Origin: Anaerovirgula multivorans
GTDB lineage: Bacteria > Bacillota > Clostridia > Peptostreptococcales > Natronincolaceae
Assembly (NCBI RefSeq): GCF_900188145.1
Contig: NZ_FZOJ01000030.1
Coordinates: 19,377-43,376, forward strand
Direction of reading: 5' to 3'
Length of the DNA: 24,000 nucleotides
The translations under genes were made by a program, and so were the position numbers. Under the pieces are notes generated by a model. The model had not been told where the DNA came from. It made no database searches and saw nothing but the letters and a program-made list of their open reading frames with translations. Shown here one piece after another: positions 23,743-24,000 of this stretch (positions are counted from its first letter, which is position 1; each line of letters opens with the position of its first letter).

Positions 23743-24000
23743 CTATTCCACCTTTGGAAATGTAACAATTAATTTGAACAAATCACCATCTATAATTATT
23801 TTCAAGCCTCCATTTTGAAGTTCTATAAAGCTTTTAGCTATTGCCAGCCCCAACCCTGATCCATCAGTATTTCGGGACTTATCCCCTCTTGTAAAACGCT
23901 CCGTTATCTCTGCCGCATCAAAGTTCATTTCGTAGGCAGAAATGTTTTTGAATGTAAAGCTTACTTCTTGTTCATTTTCAATAATATCAATATATACCCT
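23743..24000 (-). CDS. Sensor histidine kinase, C-terminal HATPase_c part only (5' end outside the window)
   Basis: The frame is open from 24000: RVYIDIIENEQEVSFTFKNISAYEMNFDAAEITERFTRGDKSRNTDGSGLGLAIAKSFIELQNG. It carries G1/G2-box-like motifs (DGSGLGLAI). The 61-aa track ORF is just the portion after an internal Met. Confidence 0.8.
   Translation of the reverse strand, partial: RVYIDIIENEQEVSFTFKNISAYEMNFDAAEITERFTRGDKSRNTDGSGLGLAIAKSFIELQNGGLKIIIDGDLFKLIVTFPKVE

Noticed and set aside
1-24000. Search by eye for CRISPR arrays, tRNA/rRNA genes, IS or transposase genes, integrases, phage genes, toxin-antitoxin pairs or known defence-system signatures
   Set aside because: No spaced direct-repeat arrays, no cloverleaf-capable GC-rich 75-nt islands, and no transposase or integrase motifs in any frame I examined. 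Every large ORF is accounted for by housekeeping or regulatory families.

Overview
AT-rich, low-GC segment that looks like a Firmicutes/Clostridia chromosome (anaerobe markers: glycyl-radical enzyme, sigma-54 regulon, B12 radical SAM). All 18 supported CDS and one gene relic lie on the minus strand. None of the plus-strand ORFs in the track is supported. Reading in the direction of transcription (high to low coordinates): (1) 3' end of a sensor histidine kinase, its terminator, and a roughly 50-codon relic of a BceA-type ABC ATPase. (2) A sigma-54 enhancer-binding regulator followed by an L-cysteine desulfidase-family gene. This gene has a textbook -24/-12 promoter and repeated TCTCA-N3-TGAGA dyads upstream. 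(3) An ABC ATPase plus large permease operon behind a 14-bp-arm palindrome. (4) A DUF2975-like membrane protein, a YozG-like HTH regulator, and a Nudix-like/DUF4153-type polytopic membrane fusion. (5) A YjjI-type glycyl-radical enzyme with its YjjW-type activase. (6) htpG, preceded by a perfect CIRCE element that overlaps the activase stop codon. (7) An isolated 89-aa orphan gene. (8) blaI-blaR1, followed on the same strand by a 929-aa class B PBP. (9) An uncharacterised GNAT / FemAB-like GNAT-fold / B12-radical-SAM trio that runs off the window edge. I saw no rRNA, tRNA, CRISPR array, IS element or phage genes. The best candidates for something undescribed are the BlaI/BlaR1-PBP-Fem-like-rSAM neighbourhood, the structured GC-rich element at 2324-2408, and the orphan YjjI/YjjW system. 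All product calls come from motif recognition by eye. No database search was possible.
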